This document shows, piece after piece, positions 17,242 to 27,141 of a DNA stretch of 37,037 nucleotides; position 1 is the stretch's first letter; every line of letters begins with the position of its first letter. The DNA comes from Devosia sp. GTDB lineage: Bacteria; Pseudomonadota; Alphaproteobacteria; Rhizobiales; Devosiaceae. A program made the position numbers and the translations under genes. The stretch spans positions 1-37,037 of the forward strand of contig JAQGKH010000310.1 of NCBI GenBank assembly GCA_028290225.1, in the 5' to 3' direction. Below the pieces are notes generated by a model. That model had not been told where the DNA came from and ran no database searches. It saw nothing but the letters and a program-made list of their open reading frames with translations.

Positions 17242-17838
17242 ATGACGTCACTATCTTTGCCCTTGCAAACTGACCGACTGATCCTGCGAACCTTTGAGCG
17301 CACTGACGCGTCGGACCTATGCGCTTACCATGCGCTGCCTTCCATGCAGCGTTACGTGTTTACCCGTACCCGCAATGAAGCTGACGTTGCCGAAGCGCTC
17401 CAGGTCCTGCGCGGTCATGTCAGCCTGCAGCGCCCCGGCGATACCCTGACGCTCGCGATGGTGCGCAAGGGCGACAAGAAGGTCATCGGCCATGTTTCGC
17501 TGAACTGGCAGGACGCGACATCGGGGCAGGGCGAAGTGCGTTTCTGCATCAATCCGAGCTTTTCGGGCCAAGGCTATACCGCCGAGGCGCTGAGCGCCAT
17601 GTTCGATCTGGCCTTTGATCAATTCCGTATCCATCGCTTGTTCGTGCGTTGCGACGGCCGCAATCACCATTCCATCAAGCTCATGCAAAAGCTGGGGCTA
17701 CGACTGGAAGCCCACTACCGCGAACATGCGCTGTTTCAGGGCGAGTGGGATGAGGAGCTGCATTTTGCCATTCTGGATCGTGAATGGAACCGTTCCAGCA
17801 AGGTCAAGGAGTTGCCGCTCCGCCGCCAGGTTGCTTGA
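17242..17838 (+). CDS. GNAT acetyltransferase, RimJ/RimL family (paralogue)
   Basis: TDRLILRTF, GQGYTAEA, SIKLMQKLGLRLEAHY, FAILDREW; GGAGG RBS. Confidence 0.92.
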   Translation: MTSLSLPLQTDRLILRTFERTDASDLCAYHALPSMQRYVFTRTRNEADVAEALQVLRGHVSLQRPGDTLTLAMVRKGDKKVIGHVSLNWQDATSGQGEVRFCINPSFSGQGYTAEALSAMFDLAFDQFRIHRLFVRCDGRNHHSIKLMQKLGLRLEAHYREHALFQGEWDEELHFAILDREWNRSSKVKELPLRRQVA

Positions 17839-17870
17839 CCAGTTCACCGCTTGCATTGCTGATCGCATCT

Positions 17871-17894
17871 CCGGCGCCCCACGGGCGCCGGTTT
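17871..17894 (+). terminator. Probable intrinsic terminator
   Basis: CCGGCGCCC-cac-GGGCGCCGG followed by TTTGCGTTT. Confidence 0.6.
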
Positions 17895-17946
17895 GCGTTT
17901 GCGCACGCTCTCGGCTAAGTGCGGCTTCGTTGTGGGTAGGGGCATC

Positions 17947-18750
17947 ATGGCCGGCACAGATTCTTCCATTCCGATTGCACTGACGCCGTCTCCGGCGATT
18001 ATCCTTTGCGAGCCGCAGCTGGGCGAGAACATCGGCACGGCAGCGCGTGCCATGGCCAATTTCGGGCTGTGGGATTTGCGGCTGGTTCGGCCCCGTGATG
18101 GCTGGCCCAACGAAAAGGCGGTGAATGCCGCTTCACGAGCCGACCATGTGCTGGAACGGGTGCGGGTGTTCGATACCTTGGAAGCGGCAATCGCGGACCT
18201 CACGCTGGTTTACGCCACCACGGCACGCTCACGTGACATGCAAAAGTCAGTGATCGGTCCAGACGAAGCGGCGCGGCGGATGGCCAGCCATATCGGAGCG
18301 GGCCGCGGCGCCGGGCTCTTGTTCGGTCGCGAGCGCTGGGGCTTACTCAACGAGGAAGTGGCTCTGGCCGACTCCATTGTAACGCTGCCCGTGGAGCCCG
18401 CCTTCGCCTCGCTCAACATTGCCCAAGCCGTGCTGCTGATGGCCTATGAATGGCGTCGACACAGCGCGGCGGGCACGACCCTGCCATTCGACGACAATCT
18501 CGCGCAGGTAGCTCCGCGCGAAGAACTTGTGGGCTTGTTCGGGCACCTGGAATCCACGCTCGACCAGTCCGGTTTCTTCACCGCGCCTGACAAGCGGCCC
18601 ACTGTGGTAAACAATCTGCGCACCATGCTGGAGCGGGGCAAATTCACCAGCCAGGAGATCCGCACCTTGCGTGGTGTGATTTCCTCCATCGATCGACGCC
18701 ATCAGCGACCAAATCCGAACCGCCAGCAGCGAGAAAGCGACAAGGGCTGA
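17947..18750 (+). CDS. trmJ: SPOUT RNA methyltransferase, TrmJ/LasT family
   Basis: EPQLGENIGTAARAMANFG, ATTARSR, FGRERWGL.NEE, SLNIAQAV, EIRTLRG. Start at ATG 17947. Confidence 0.88.
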   Translation: MAGTDSSIPIALTPSPAIILCEPQLGENIGTAARAMANFGLWDLRLVRPRDGWPNEKAVNAASRADHVLERVRVFDTLEAAIADLTLVYATTARSRDMQKSVIGPDEAARRMASHIGAGRGAGLLFGRERWGLLNEEVALADSIVTLPVEPAFASLNIAQAVLLMAYEWRRHSAAGTTLPFDDNLAQVAPREELVGLFGHLESTLDQSGFFTAPDKRPTVVNNLRTMLERGKFTSQEIRTLRGVISSIDRRHQRPNPNRQQRESDKG

Positions 18751-18824
18751 GAAATCCGCCGGCCTGGCCGCTTGCAAGCACTTAGAGCTTTGACGGGCGC
18801 CAGGCGGCATGGCATGGGCAGACC

Positions 18825-20096
18825 ATGAGCATCCCCGCGCCGCATGATAAATCCCGCTTGGCTTTCAGCTATAAGGGCTTTCGTTTTTTCTGGCTGACGA
18901 CGCTGCTGGTCAGCTTTGCTGTCCAGATCATGTCTGTGTCCATTGCCTGGCAGATCTTTGCGATCACCGGCGATTACTTCTTGCTAGGCCTTGTTGGCCT
19001 GTGCCTGTTCCTGCCCGCCCTGGTGTTGATGTTGGTGACGGGACTGGCCGCTGACCGGTTCAACCGCCGCCTGATCATGGCGGTGTGCCTCGTGGTGGAG
19101 TTGGGCTGCGCTATTGGCTTCCTGTCGCTCGTCAATGCCCAGGAGCATCAGGTCTGGCCGATCTTCGCGATCCTCGTGGTCCTGGGTACGGCGCGAGCGT
19201 TCTGGAGCCCCGCTGCCCAATCTTTGGCCCCCAATTTGGTGCCACCCGAGGCGCTGAGTAACGCCATCACGGTCAATGCTTCGGCTTGGCAGTTCGCCGC
19301 GATCATGGGCCCTTCTATTGGCGGGGTGCTGTATGCACTGAGCCCGGTGATGGCCTTTGGCACGGCAGCGGTGCTGCTGCTGGTGGCGTGCGGGTGCGTG
19401 CTGCTGATCCCCAAGCCCCAACAGCGCCAGTCGCAACAGGCGACCAGCCTCGAAACCATCTTTGGCGGCTTCCGCTATATCCTCAGCAACAAGGTCGTGC
19501 TGGGGGCGATCTCGCTGGACATGTTCGCCGTGCTGATGGGCGGGGCTGTCGCGCTGCTGCCCGCTTTCACCGGGGAAATCCTCCATGGTGGGCCGATTGA
19601 GTTCGGCATTCTGCGCGCGTCTCCGGGAATCGGCGCCCTCGTAATGGCGCTGACGCTGACGCGCTTTCCCATTCGGCACCATGCTGGCAAGATGCTGTTC
19701 GCGTTTGTGGCGCTGTTCGGCTTGTTCACCCTGGTGTTTGGGCTATCGAGCAGCGTGTGGCTGTCCATCGGGGCCCTCATGCTGGTCGGCGCGTCAGACA
19801 TGGTCAGCGTTACCATCCGCGAAACTATCATGCAGCTGTGGACGCCAGAAGAGGTTCGCGGGCGCGTAAACGCCGTGAACTCTGTTTTTATCGGCGCCTC
19901 CAACGAACTGGGAGAGTTCCGGGCCGGAACTGTCGCCCACTTTATCGGGCCTGTTGGCGCGGTGATCGTGGGCGGCGTGGGTGCTATGGCAATCGCAGGC
20001 GTCTGGAGCCGCTTGTTCCCGAGCCTGCGTAAGCAGGATACGCTGGACCGCAAGATGGTGAGCGACGGCGTCGCCGAGCCACTCGCCGATCGGTAA
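18825..20096 (+). CDS. MFS transporter (EntS/MFS_3-like)
   Basis: GLAADRFNRR motif A, 12 TM segments, ISLDMFAVL, RGRVNAVNSVFIGASNELG. Confidence 0.9.
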   Translation: MSIPAPHDKSRLAFSYKGFRFFWLTTLLVSFAVQIMSVSIAWQIFAITGDYFLLGLVGLCLFLPALVLMLVTGLAADRFNRRLIMAVCLVVELGCAIGFLSLVNAQEHQVWPIFAILVVLGTARAFWSPAAQSLAPNLVPPEALSNAITVNASAWQFAAIMGPSIGGVLYALSPVMAFGTAAVLLLVACGCVLLIPKPQQRQSQQATSLETIFGGFRYILSNKVVLGAISLDMFAVLMGGAVALLPAFTGEILHGGPIEFGILRASPGIGALVMALTLTRFPIRHHAGKMLFAFVALFGLFTLVFGLSSSVWLSIGALMLVGASDMVSVTIRETIMQLWTPEEVRGRVNAVNSVFIGASNELGEFRAGTVAHFIGPVGAVIVGGVGAMAIAGVWSRLFPSLRKQDTLDRKMVSDGVAEPLADR

Positions 20097-20109
20097 GTCC
20101 GCGGCCGGG

Positions 20110-20138
20110 TTGACTTTGTAGCCTTCCCCCTCTATCAC
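20110..20138 (+). promoter_or_regulatory. Sigma70-type promoter of rpsD
   Basis: TTGACT-N17-TATCAC, about 135 nt upstream of the rpsD ATG. Confidence 0.7.
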
Positions 20139-20140
20139 CC

Positions 20141-20272
20141 GCGCACCTATTGCGGCCTTCGGGCCCTAGGCGCACCCGGGATCTTCTTTCATCAGAGGTC
20201 TGTCAGCCTGTCGGTTTACCGGCAGGCAGAGGAGGGCGCGATCCATTTCGACGTTTCATGAAAGGATACGCG
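20141..20272 (+). promoter_or_regulatory. Structured rpsD 5' leader (candidate r-protein leader)
   Basis: GGCC-TTCG-GGCC hairpin, GCCTGTCGG-ttta-CCGGCAGGC hairpin, and CGCG-ATCC...GGAT-A-CGCG stem covering the AAGGA SD. Confidence 0.5.
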
Positions 20273-20890
20273 ATGTCGAAGCGCATTTCTGCCAAGCACA
20301 AGATTGACCGCCGTCTTGGCGAAAACATCTGGGGTCGTCCATCGAGCCCGCTCAATGCCCGCGCCTATGGCCCCGGCCAGCACGGCCAGCGCCGCAAGGG
20401 CAAACTCTCGGACTATGGTCTGCAGCTGCGCGCCAAGCAGAAGCTGAAGGGCTACTACGCTTCCATCACCGAGAAGTCGTTCAAGAAGCTTTATAACGAA
20501 GCTGCGCGCGTCAAGGGCGACACTGGCGAGAACCTGATCGGCCTGCTCGAGTCGCGTCTCGACGCCATCGTTTACCGCGCCAAGTTCGTGGTAACCCCGT
20601 TTGCTGCCCGCCAGTTTGTCAACCACGGCCATGTGATGGTCAATGGCAAGCGCGTCAACATCCCATCCTATCAGGTCAAGGTCGGCGACAAGATCGAAGT
20701 GCGCGAGCGCTCCAAGCAACTCACCGTTCTGCTCGAAGCCATCCAGCTGGCCGAGCGTGACGTTCCCGACTACATCGAAGTCGACCACAACAAGATGACC
20801 GCGACCTATGCTCGCGTGCCGGCTCTGTCCGATGTGCCCTATCCGGTGCACATGGAGCCGAACCTGGTCGTGGAATTCTACTCGCGTTAA
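20273..20890 (+). CDS. rpsD: 30S ribosomal protein S4
   Basis: [64 protein letters not shown]. Confidence 0.99.
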   Translation: MSKRISAKHKIDRRLGENIWGRPSSPLNARAYGPGQHGQRRKGKLSDYGLQLRAKQKLKGYYASITEKSFKKLYNEAARVKGDTGENLIGLLESRLDAIVYRAKFVVTPFAARQFVNHGHVMVNGKRVNIPSYQVKVGDKIEVRERSKQLTVLLEAIQLAERDVPDYIEVDHNKMTATYARVPALSDVPYPVHMEPNLVVEFYSR

Positions 20891-20909
20891 GCGAACCGAG
20901 TTCCAATGC

Positions 20910-20943
20910 AAAGGGCCGCCCTTCGGGGCGGCCCTTTTTGTTT
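20910..20943 (+). terminator. Rho-independent terminator of rpsD
   Basis: AAAGGGCCGCCC-TTCG-GGGCGGCCCTTTTTGTTT. Confidence 0.92.
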
Positions 20944-21046
20944 GTGGTGATGGCCTCTGCGCCCGGACGACCACTCGGCTGCCGCTCCGTGTGGTGAAGG
21001 TGAGGTGCGCCCGGGGCAGGGGCTCGGGCGTGGTGACCACCCGATC

Positions 21047-21084
21047 CCCCCACCCTCGGTTCCGCCTCTCCAGGGAAAGGGCAG
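21047..21084. repeat. Degenerate copy of the intergenic palindromic repeat
   Basis: Matches the reverse complement of 3461-3498 at 28/38 positions without gaps (manual alignment). Confidence 0.5.
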
Positions 21085-21119
21085 CGGACAGGGTTGTCCG
21101 TCCGGACTGAACGAAGGCA

Positions 21120-22532
21120 CTAGATCGTCGCCGCGTCGCCGATGCTTTCCTTGATTGGCTCCTGATCGCGCGGAATGAAGCTCTCGAACCGGTGCAGACG
21201 CTGGTAGATCGACTGCAGTTCCACGATCGTCGTCCATGCCCGGGCAAAGAACTGAAACGAGGAGGCAACCTCGCCAAAGGCGTTCTGCACCTGCTGGTAG
21301 ATGCCCAGCGTCAACGTGCCGGCAAGGATCGATGGCGATAAAGTCAGGAGCGGCACATAGCCTGCTACCTGCAGATAGGCATACCGCGCCAGGTTGAAGT
21401 AGGTGTAGTGGAAGTAGAGCCGGTAGTAGTTCTTCTGCACATTGGCAAACAGCATGCGGAAGGTAGGCGGATCGGCTCGATCCGCTTCGTCCTCCCCATA
21501 GACCAACTCCTTGCGCAGTGCAGCCTCCACCTTCTGGTTCTCGAAATTGAGGCCAGGGAGCCGGATACCCACGATCCAGAGCAGCCCCGTTCCAAAGGCC
21601 GAGATCACCAGGGCGATCCACACCAGACTTCCTGGAACCGCACCAAAGATCGGGATCTCCGTGACGCTCTGGGACAAGGTCCACAGAATGGGCAGGAACA
21701 CCACCAAGGTCAGCAGGGAGCCCAGAAAGCTGGTGCCGAGGTCCTCCACGATCGAAGCAAACCGCTGCGTGTCTTCCTGCACACGCTGGGCGGCGCCCTC
21801 CGTTTTCCTCAGGCTGGGCCAATATTCCATGTAGTAGGAGGTCATCGCTTTGCGCCAGCGGAAGACGTAATGCGAGTTGAAGAAGGCCAGCAGCACGAGG
21901 AAGATGATGTTGGGGAGCAGCACGAGAAACAGGGTGAAGACGTAAGGCCAATACTCGGCCGGGCTGACCGAGCCGGGTTCGCTCAAGGCACGCTGCAGAA
22001 CGTCAAAGAACCGGCCCTGCCAGTCGTTCAGGAAGGCGCTGAGTTGAACCTGGCTGTAGGTGGCCAGATACAGAACGGCGCTGCCAACAACCGACCACCA
22101 GTACCATTGGTTGCGCTTGTAGAAGTACCAGAAGGCGCAGAACGCTGCGGTGCAGAGCAGGATGTACCAGTATTCCCAGATACGCCCGCCATTGAGGAAG
22201 TTGGTGTCCTCGGCTACGCAACCCGCCGAGGCCATCGCGGTATTGGCAGTTTCCGGGGGAGCGGCTTGATTGGTAGCTGGCGCCGGGGCGTTGGGATCGA
22301 TCCGGCTCGGACCGCCTTCGGGCGCAGGCAAGGCGTTCGGGTCGGGTGCTACCGGCGTTTCAGCCTGGGGCAGCTGATCTGGCGAGCAGATTGTGGGAGC
22401 GAAGAACCGGTCGATACTGACGACACGCCGCACCGGCTCGCCGGCAAACTGGAATATCAGCGTGGTCAGCAGCATCCAGAGCAGTGCCGAGCCAAAGAAA
22501 AGTTTGGGAACAGGAAAGAAGGATCGAAACAC
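21120..22532 (-). CDS. bacA: Peptide antibiotic transporter SbmA/BacA
   Basis: GTG start giving MFRSFFPVPKLFF, HYVFRWRKAM, EGAAQRVQEDT, LPGLNFENQKVEAALRKELVYGED, WTTIVELQSIYQRL. Confidence 0.95.
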   Translation of the reverse strand: MFRSFFPVPKLFFGSALLWMLLTTLIFQFAGEPVRRVVSIDRFFAPTICSPDQLPQAETPVAPDPNALPAPEGGPSRIDPNAPAPATNQAAPPETANTAMASAGCVAEDTNFLNGGRIWEYWYILLCTAAFCAFWYFYKRNQWYWWSVVGSAVLYLATYSQVQLSAFLNDWQGRFFDVLQRALSEPGSVSPAEYWPYVFTLFLVLLPNIIFLVLLAFFNSHYVFRWRKAMTSYYMEYWPSLRKTEGAAQRVQEDTQRFASIVEDLGTSFLGSLLTLVVFLPILWTLSQSVTEIPIFGAVPGSLVWIALVISAFGTGLLWIVGIRLPGLNFENQKVEAALRKELVYGEDEADRADPPTFRMLFANVQKNYYRLYFHYTYFNLARYAYLQVAGYVPLLTLSPSILAGTLTLGIYQQVQNAFGEVASSFQFFARAWTTIVELQSIYQRLHRFESFIPRDQEPIKESIGDAATI

Positions 22533-22700
22533 CAGGGACTCCGGGGTGTCGGGAGAAGCGCGCCATCTAGCCCCCACATTCCGCCCAAAGCAAGAAAGTG
22601 AAGTTAAGCTTTGGTAATCTCCTCCGCTGCCGCTTGGCCTTTCCCTTCGGCGGTTCTGGCGTTATCAGCAGGCAGCGGATTGATCATGAGAGGATCGGGT

Positions 22701-23570
22701 GTGAGCCAGGTATTGGAAGCGCCGCAGATGGAGCCTGACGAGAGCGAAAGCGGGGCGCACCCGATCTTTGCCAAGGCGCCGCGCTCGGTAGAATTCAACA
22801 AGCTCAGGAAACGCCTGATCCGGCATACCCGCGAGGCGCTCGAGAAGTTTGCCATGGTACGTCCGGGTGAGCGGTGGCTGGTGGCGCTATCGGGCGGCAA
22901 GGACAGCTATGGGCTTCTGGCATTGCTGCTGGACCTGCAATGGCGAGGCATGTTGCCGGTGGAGCTGCTGGCCTGCAATCTTGACCAGGGACAGCCGAAT
23001 TTCCCAAAGCATATCCTGCCCGAATTCCTCTCCGGCCTGGGCATAAAGCACCGGATTGAATACAGGGACACCTATTCCATTGTCACGGACAAGCTGCCGA
23101 CCGGAGCGACCTACTGCTCGCTCTGCTCGCGGCTGCGGCGCGGCAATCTCTACCGTATTGCGCGTGAGGAGGGCTGCTCGGCGCTGGTGCTCGGCCACCA
23201 TCGCGACGACAGCCTGGAAACCTTCTTCATGAACCTGTTTCACGGGGGCAAGCTGGCGGCCATGCCGCCGCGCTTGCTGAATGATGATGGAACCGTGGAA
23301 GTGCTCCGGCCGCTGATCTATTGCGCCGAAGATGACCTGGGGCGCTTTGCCGAGCAGATGCAATTTCCCATCATTCCCTGTGACCTGTGTGGATCGCAGG
23401 ATGGCCTGGAACGCAATGCGATGAAGGCGATGCTCTCAGATATCGAAAAGCGGATGCCGGGCCGCAAGGACGTGATGATCCGTGCCATGGGCAACATCAA
23501 TCCCAGCCACATGCTCGATCCACGTTTGTTTGACTTTGCCGGGTTGGCTGATCGGAGAACACAAGCGTGA
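22701..23570 (+). CDS. ttcA: tRNA 2-thiocytidine(32) synthetase
   Basis: PP-loop [33 protein letters not shown] 22701 follows a GAGAGGA RBS. Confidence 0.95.
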   Translation: MSQVLEAPQMEPDESESGAHPIFAKAPRSVEFNKLRKRLIRHTREALEKFAMVRPGERWLVALSGGKDSYGLLALLLDLQWRGMLPVELLACNLDQGQPNFPKHILPEFLSGLGIKHRIEYRDTYSIVTDKLPTGATYCSLCSRLRRGNLYRIAREEGCSALVLGHHRDDSLETFFMNLFHGGKLAAMPPRLLNDDGTVEVLRPLIYCAEDDLGRFAEQMQFPIIPCDLCGSQDGLERNAMKAMLSDIEKRMPGRKDVMIRAMGNINPSHMLDPRLFDFAGLADRRTQA

Positions 23571-24385
23571 GCGTTGATATCGAATGGCTGGCTGGCGTCT
23601 TGCGAGCTGCGGCCAAAGCCGAGATTCTTCCGAGATTTCGGCGGCTGGACGAAAGCGATGTGCAGGTCAAGACCGAGGCTATCGACCTCGTGACCGCAGC
23701 CGATCTGGCCGCTGAGCAGTTCATCAAGGCTGAGATCAGCCGGCAAGTGCCCGGCGCTCTGTTCGTCGGCGAGGAATCGGTTGCGGCCGATCCACAGCTG
23801 CTTTCAGCGCTCGCAGGCGCCGATCTGGCCGTGGTAGTTGATCCCATCGACGGCACGGCGAACTATGCCGCCGGCTTGCCCCTGTTTGCGGTGATGGCGG
23901 CTGTCGTTGCGGGTGGCGAAACCATTGGCGGCATCATCTACGACCCCATGGGCGATGATTGGATGATGGCCGAGAAGGGCAGCGGAACCTGGCTGTGCCG
24001 GCCTGATGGCAGCAGCAACCGCCTCCATGTTGCAGCGCCACTGCCAATGCCCGAGATGGTGGGCACGGCATCGATCGCCTTTGTGCCGCCGGGAAAGAAA
24101 GTGGAGATTCTGCAGAACTTCGCCAAAGTGCGCCTAGTATCGCATTACCGGGTGGCCGGGCACGAATACCGCACCTTTGTGTCCGGCCACTCCCAATTTC
24201 TAAGCTACAACAAGCTCATGCCCTGGGACCATCTCGGCGGGGCCCTGATGGCTCAGGAAGCCGGCGGCTATGTCGCGCGCATGGACGGCTCCCCTTATCG
24301 CCCGTACCACACCGAAGGCGGGCTGCTTGCCGCTACGAACGAGGAGAGCTGGCGGCTGCTGCGGGAGAACGTTTTTACGTTCTGA
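23567..24385 (+). CDS. Inositol monophosphatase family protein
   Basis: [29 protein letters not shown]; GTGA overlap with ttcA. Confidence 0.92.
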   Translation: MSVDIEWLAGVLRAAAKAEILPRFRRLDESDVQVKTEAIDLVTAADLAAEQFIKAEISRQVPGALFVGEESVAADPQLLSALAGADLAVVVDPIDGTANYAAGLPLFAVMAAVVAGGETIGGIIYDPMGDDWMMAEKGSGTWLCRPDGSSNRLHVAAPLPMPEMVGTASIAFVPPGKKVEILQNFAKVRLVSHYRVAGHEYRTFVSGHSQFLSYNKLMPWDHLGGALMAQEAGGYVARMDGSPYRPYHTEGGLLAATNEESWRLLRENVFTF

Positions 24386-24403
24386 GCCGCAGCAGCTTGC
24401 GCC

Positions 24404-25651
24404 TTAGTGGGCTGCGGACAGGTCCAGTTCTACCGGGCCATTCTCGGTGCGGAACAAGCGACCCCGCTCGGCGACCAGGATGCAAACGACGGCCAGCGAT
24501 CCCATCAGGAAGTAGCCGGTGGCGACCGGCACTACGGTGCCATCGAAATGCTGGCCGATGAAGCCGCCTATGATGACGCCGCCCACGGTCTGGATGAAGC
24601 CGAAGACCGATGAGGCGGTCCCGGCGACCGCGCCGAGTGGCTCCATGGACAAGGAGTTCATGTTGGAGGCGGCCCAGCCAAAGCAGAACATTATGATGGC
24701 CAGCAAGCTCAGAAACAATCCGAGCGGCAAATTGCCGGTGAGCGCCAGCATGAGCCAAATGCCGCTGACAAGGGTGAAAACCAGCACGGCGCCATGAGAA
24801 AGCCGGCGCATGCCAAAGCGCCGCACGATCTTGGAATTGGTGAAGGAGGATACCGCCATCAGCCCGGCGATGGCTGCGAAGGCGAGCGGGAAGTAAACAC
24901 CCAGCCCGTAGATATCGACATAGATCTGCTGGGACGAGCTGATGAAGCCGAACAGTGCCGCAAACAGGAACATGCCCGCCAGACCATAGGAGAACGCGAC
25001 CCGGTTGGTGAAAACGATGCGGAAGCCTTCGACCACAGAACCAAAGGTGAGCGGCCGGCGCTTGTCCAGGGCGAGTGTCTCGGGCAGGCGAAAGTAACCC
25101 CAGAGGCCGAAAGCCGTCGCCAGCACGCCCATGAAGATGAAGATGGTCTGCCAAGGGCCGGTCAGGAGCAGGATCTGGCCAATGCCGGGCGCAATCACCG
25201 GAATGGCCATGAACACCATGAACGTAAGCGACATCACCTCCGCCATGGCGCGGCCCGAATACAGATCCCGCACCAGGGACGTGGTGATGACGCGCGTGCC
25301 TGCAGCACCGATGCCCTGCACGAAACGAAGCGCCAGCAGCGTCGCAAAGTTGGGCGAGAAGGCGGCCGCAACCACGGCAACGATATAAAGCACGATACCA
25401 AGCAGCAGCGGTGTGCGGCGGCCAAAGCGATCAGATAGCGGGCCAAAGGCGAGCTGCGCTGCGCCAAAACCGAACATATAAACGGAAACTACGAACTGCC
25501 GCTCATTCTCACTGCTGACGCCAAGCGCTTCTCCCATATAGGGCAAGGCGGGGAGCATAACGTCGATAGCCAAAGCGTTGAGCGACATCATTGCCGCCAT
25601 CAAGGCAATGAATTCCGGACGGGAAAGCACCCGGGTTAAATGGTTGGACAT
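24404..25651 (-). CDS. Bcr/CflA family multidrug efflux MFS transporter
   Basis: LAIDVMLPALP, GPLSDRFGRR, RFVQG, VRDLYSG..MA, LPETL, AGTASS. Start at ATG 25651. Confidence 0.92.
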   Translation of the reverse strand: MSNHLTRVLSRPEFIALMAAMMSLNALAIDVMLPALPYMGEALGVSSENERQFVVSVYMFGFGAAQLAFGPLSDRFGRRTPLLLGIVLYIVAVVAAAFSPNFATLLALRFVQGIGAAGTRVITTSLVRDLYSGRAMAEVMSLTFMVFMAIPVIAPGIGQILLLTGPWQTIFIFMGVLATAFGLWGYFRLPETLALDKRRPLTFGSVVEGFRIVFTNRVAFSYGLAGMFLFAALFGFISSSQQIYVDIYGLGVYFPLAFAAIAGLMAVSSFTNSKIVRRFGMRRLSHGAVLVFTLVSGIWLMLALTGNLPLGLFLSLLAIIMFCFGWAASNMNSLSMEPLGAVAGTASSVFGFIQTVGGVIIGGFIGQHFDGTVVPVATGYFLMGSLAVVCILVAERGRLFRTENGPVELDLSAAH

Positions 25652-25776
25652 GTTCTGGATCTCGTAAGCCGCCGAACAGCGGCGCAATTGATCAGACCAT
25701 GAACCTGCAGCCTTATTTTGGCAACCGCACTTATCGTTAAAAGACGATGATCTAGACTGTTCAGTCGAAGATCACA

Positions 25777-26991
25777 TCATGCCGGTTGCGGGGCGAATTT
25801 GGCGTCGACCTTTTCGTTGATGGGCAGGTGGATGGCAGCGGAAGCAAGGCCAAGCAGGATGCCCAGATACCAGACGAGGCTGTACGAGCCGGTCTGGTCA
25901 TACACATAGCCGCCCAGCCACACGCCGACAAAGGAGCCGAGCTGGTGGCTGAAGAAGGCAACGCCATAGAGCATGCCCATATAGCGGGCGCCAAAGAACA
26001 GGGTGACAAGGCCGGCGGTCAGCGGCACCGTGGAGAGCCACAGCAGCCCCATGGCGGCGGCAAAGGCGTAGGCGGTCCATTCGGAGACGGGGATCAGCAG
26101 GAAGGCGGCTATGGCGACGGCGCGCAGGAAGTAGATGCTGGCGAGTAGCATCTGCTTGGGCAGACGCCCGCCGAGATAGCCCGACAGGAGCGAGCCAGCG
26201 ATGTTGAACAGCCCGATCACAGCGATCGTCCAGCTGCCGACCTCCGGAGACAGGCCGCACTGCACCAGATAGGCCGGCATATGAACGTTGATGAACGCCA
26301 GATGAAAGCCGCAAACGAAAAAGCCGATCACCAGCAGCCGGTATGAGCCGTGTCCCCAGGCACGCGACAAGGCCTGCATGAAAGGCAGATCGGCATGACC
26401 AACCGGGTTTTCGGTGCGGCCGCGCAGCGCGTAGCTGAGCGGGATGATCAGCACCAGCATCATGCCCAGATAAAGGAGGGCCGTTTGCCAGCCGAAGCTG
26501 TTGATGAAGCCCTGGCTGATCGGGGCGAAGATGAACTGGCCAAAGGACGAGGCGGCGGTCGCGACACCGAAGATCAGCGTGCGCTTTTCAGGCGGAACGG
26601 AGCGGCCAAAGGCAACCATGACGACGCTGAAGGAGGATACGGCGATGCCGACGCCGGTGATTACCCCGCCAGTGAGGGTCAGCATGCCGGCACTTGGCGA
26701 AAACGCCATCAGCACGACACCCAGCGCATAGATCGCGGCCCCGGCCGCCAGCGTGCGTCCGGTGCCAAATCGGTCGGCCCACGCCCCCGCAAAGGGCTGG
26801 GCAATGCCCCAGGCGAGGTTCTGGATGGCCATGGCCATGCCGTAGCCCTCACGCGTCAGGCCAAGATCGGCCGACATCGGCAGGGTGAACAAGCCAAAGC
26901 TGGTGCGAACGCCATTGCCAAGCGCGGCAATGATGCAGCCGCAAACGATCAGCAGCAGCAGAGGAACGGCGGGGCGGAGGGTGCTGGCCAT
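25777..26991 (-). CDS. MFS transporter
   Basis: GAWADRFG motif A, GFFVCGFH, WLSTVPLT, HQLGSFVG. Start at ATG 26991. Confidence 0.9.
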   Translation of the reverse strand: MASTLRPAVPLLLLIVCGCIIAALGNGVRTSFGLFTLPMSADLGLTREGYGMAMAIQNLAWGIAQPFAGAWADRFGTGRTLAAGAAIYALGVVLMAFSPSAGMLTLTGGVITGVGIAVSSFSVVMVAFGRSVPPEKRTLIFGVATAASSFGQFIFAPISQGFINSFGWQTALLYLGMMLVLIIPLSYALRGRTENPVGHADLPFMQALSRAWGHGSYRLLVIGFFVCGFHLAFINVHMPAYLVQCGLSPEVGSWTIAVIGLFNIAGSLLSGYLGGRLPKQMLLASIYFLRAVAIAAFLLIPVSEWTAYAFAAAMGLLWLSTVPLTAGLVTLFFGARYMGMLYGVAFFSHQLGSFVGVWLGGYVYDQTGSYSLVWYLGILLGLASAAIHLPINEKVDAKFAPQPA

Positions 26992-27141
26992 GAGCTGGAA
27001 TCCAAGGAAGGCATTCTTCCTACGCCTGCCCCCCCATGCCGCAAAGCAATAATGCGGAATGGGGTCGATGAATTTGGGTGATGGGGTTGACCGCAGCGGT
27101 GGGGGCGGGAACAACACTCGCTTGCTTCAGGAGCCCATCAC

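Noticed and set aside
20150-20272. 41-aa N-terminal extension of S4
   Set aside because: S4 homology starts at MSKR with its own SD; the region is better explained as a structured leader.
22605-22619. CtrA-like site TTAA-gctttg-GTAA between bacA and ttcA
   Set aside because: Spacing is N6 and the second half is mismatched relative to TTAA-N7-TTAA.
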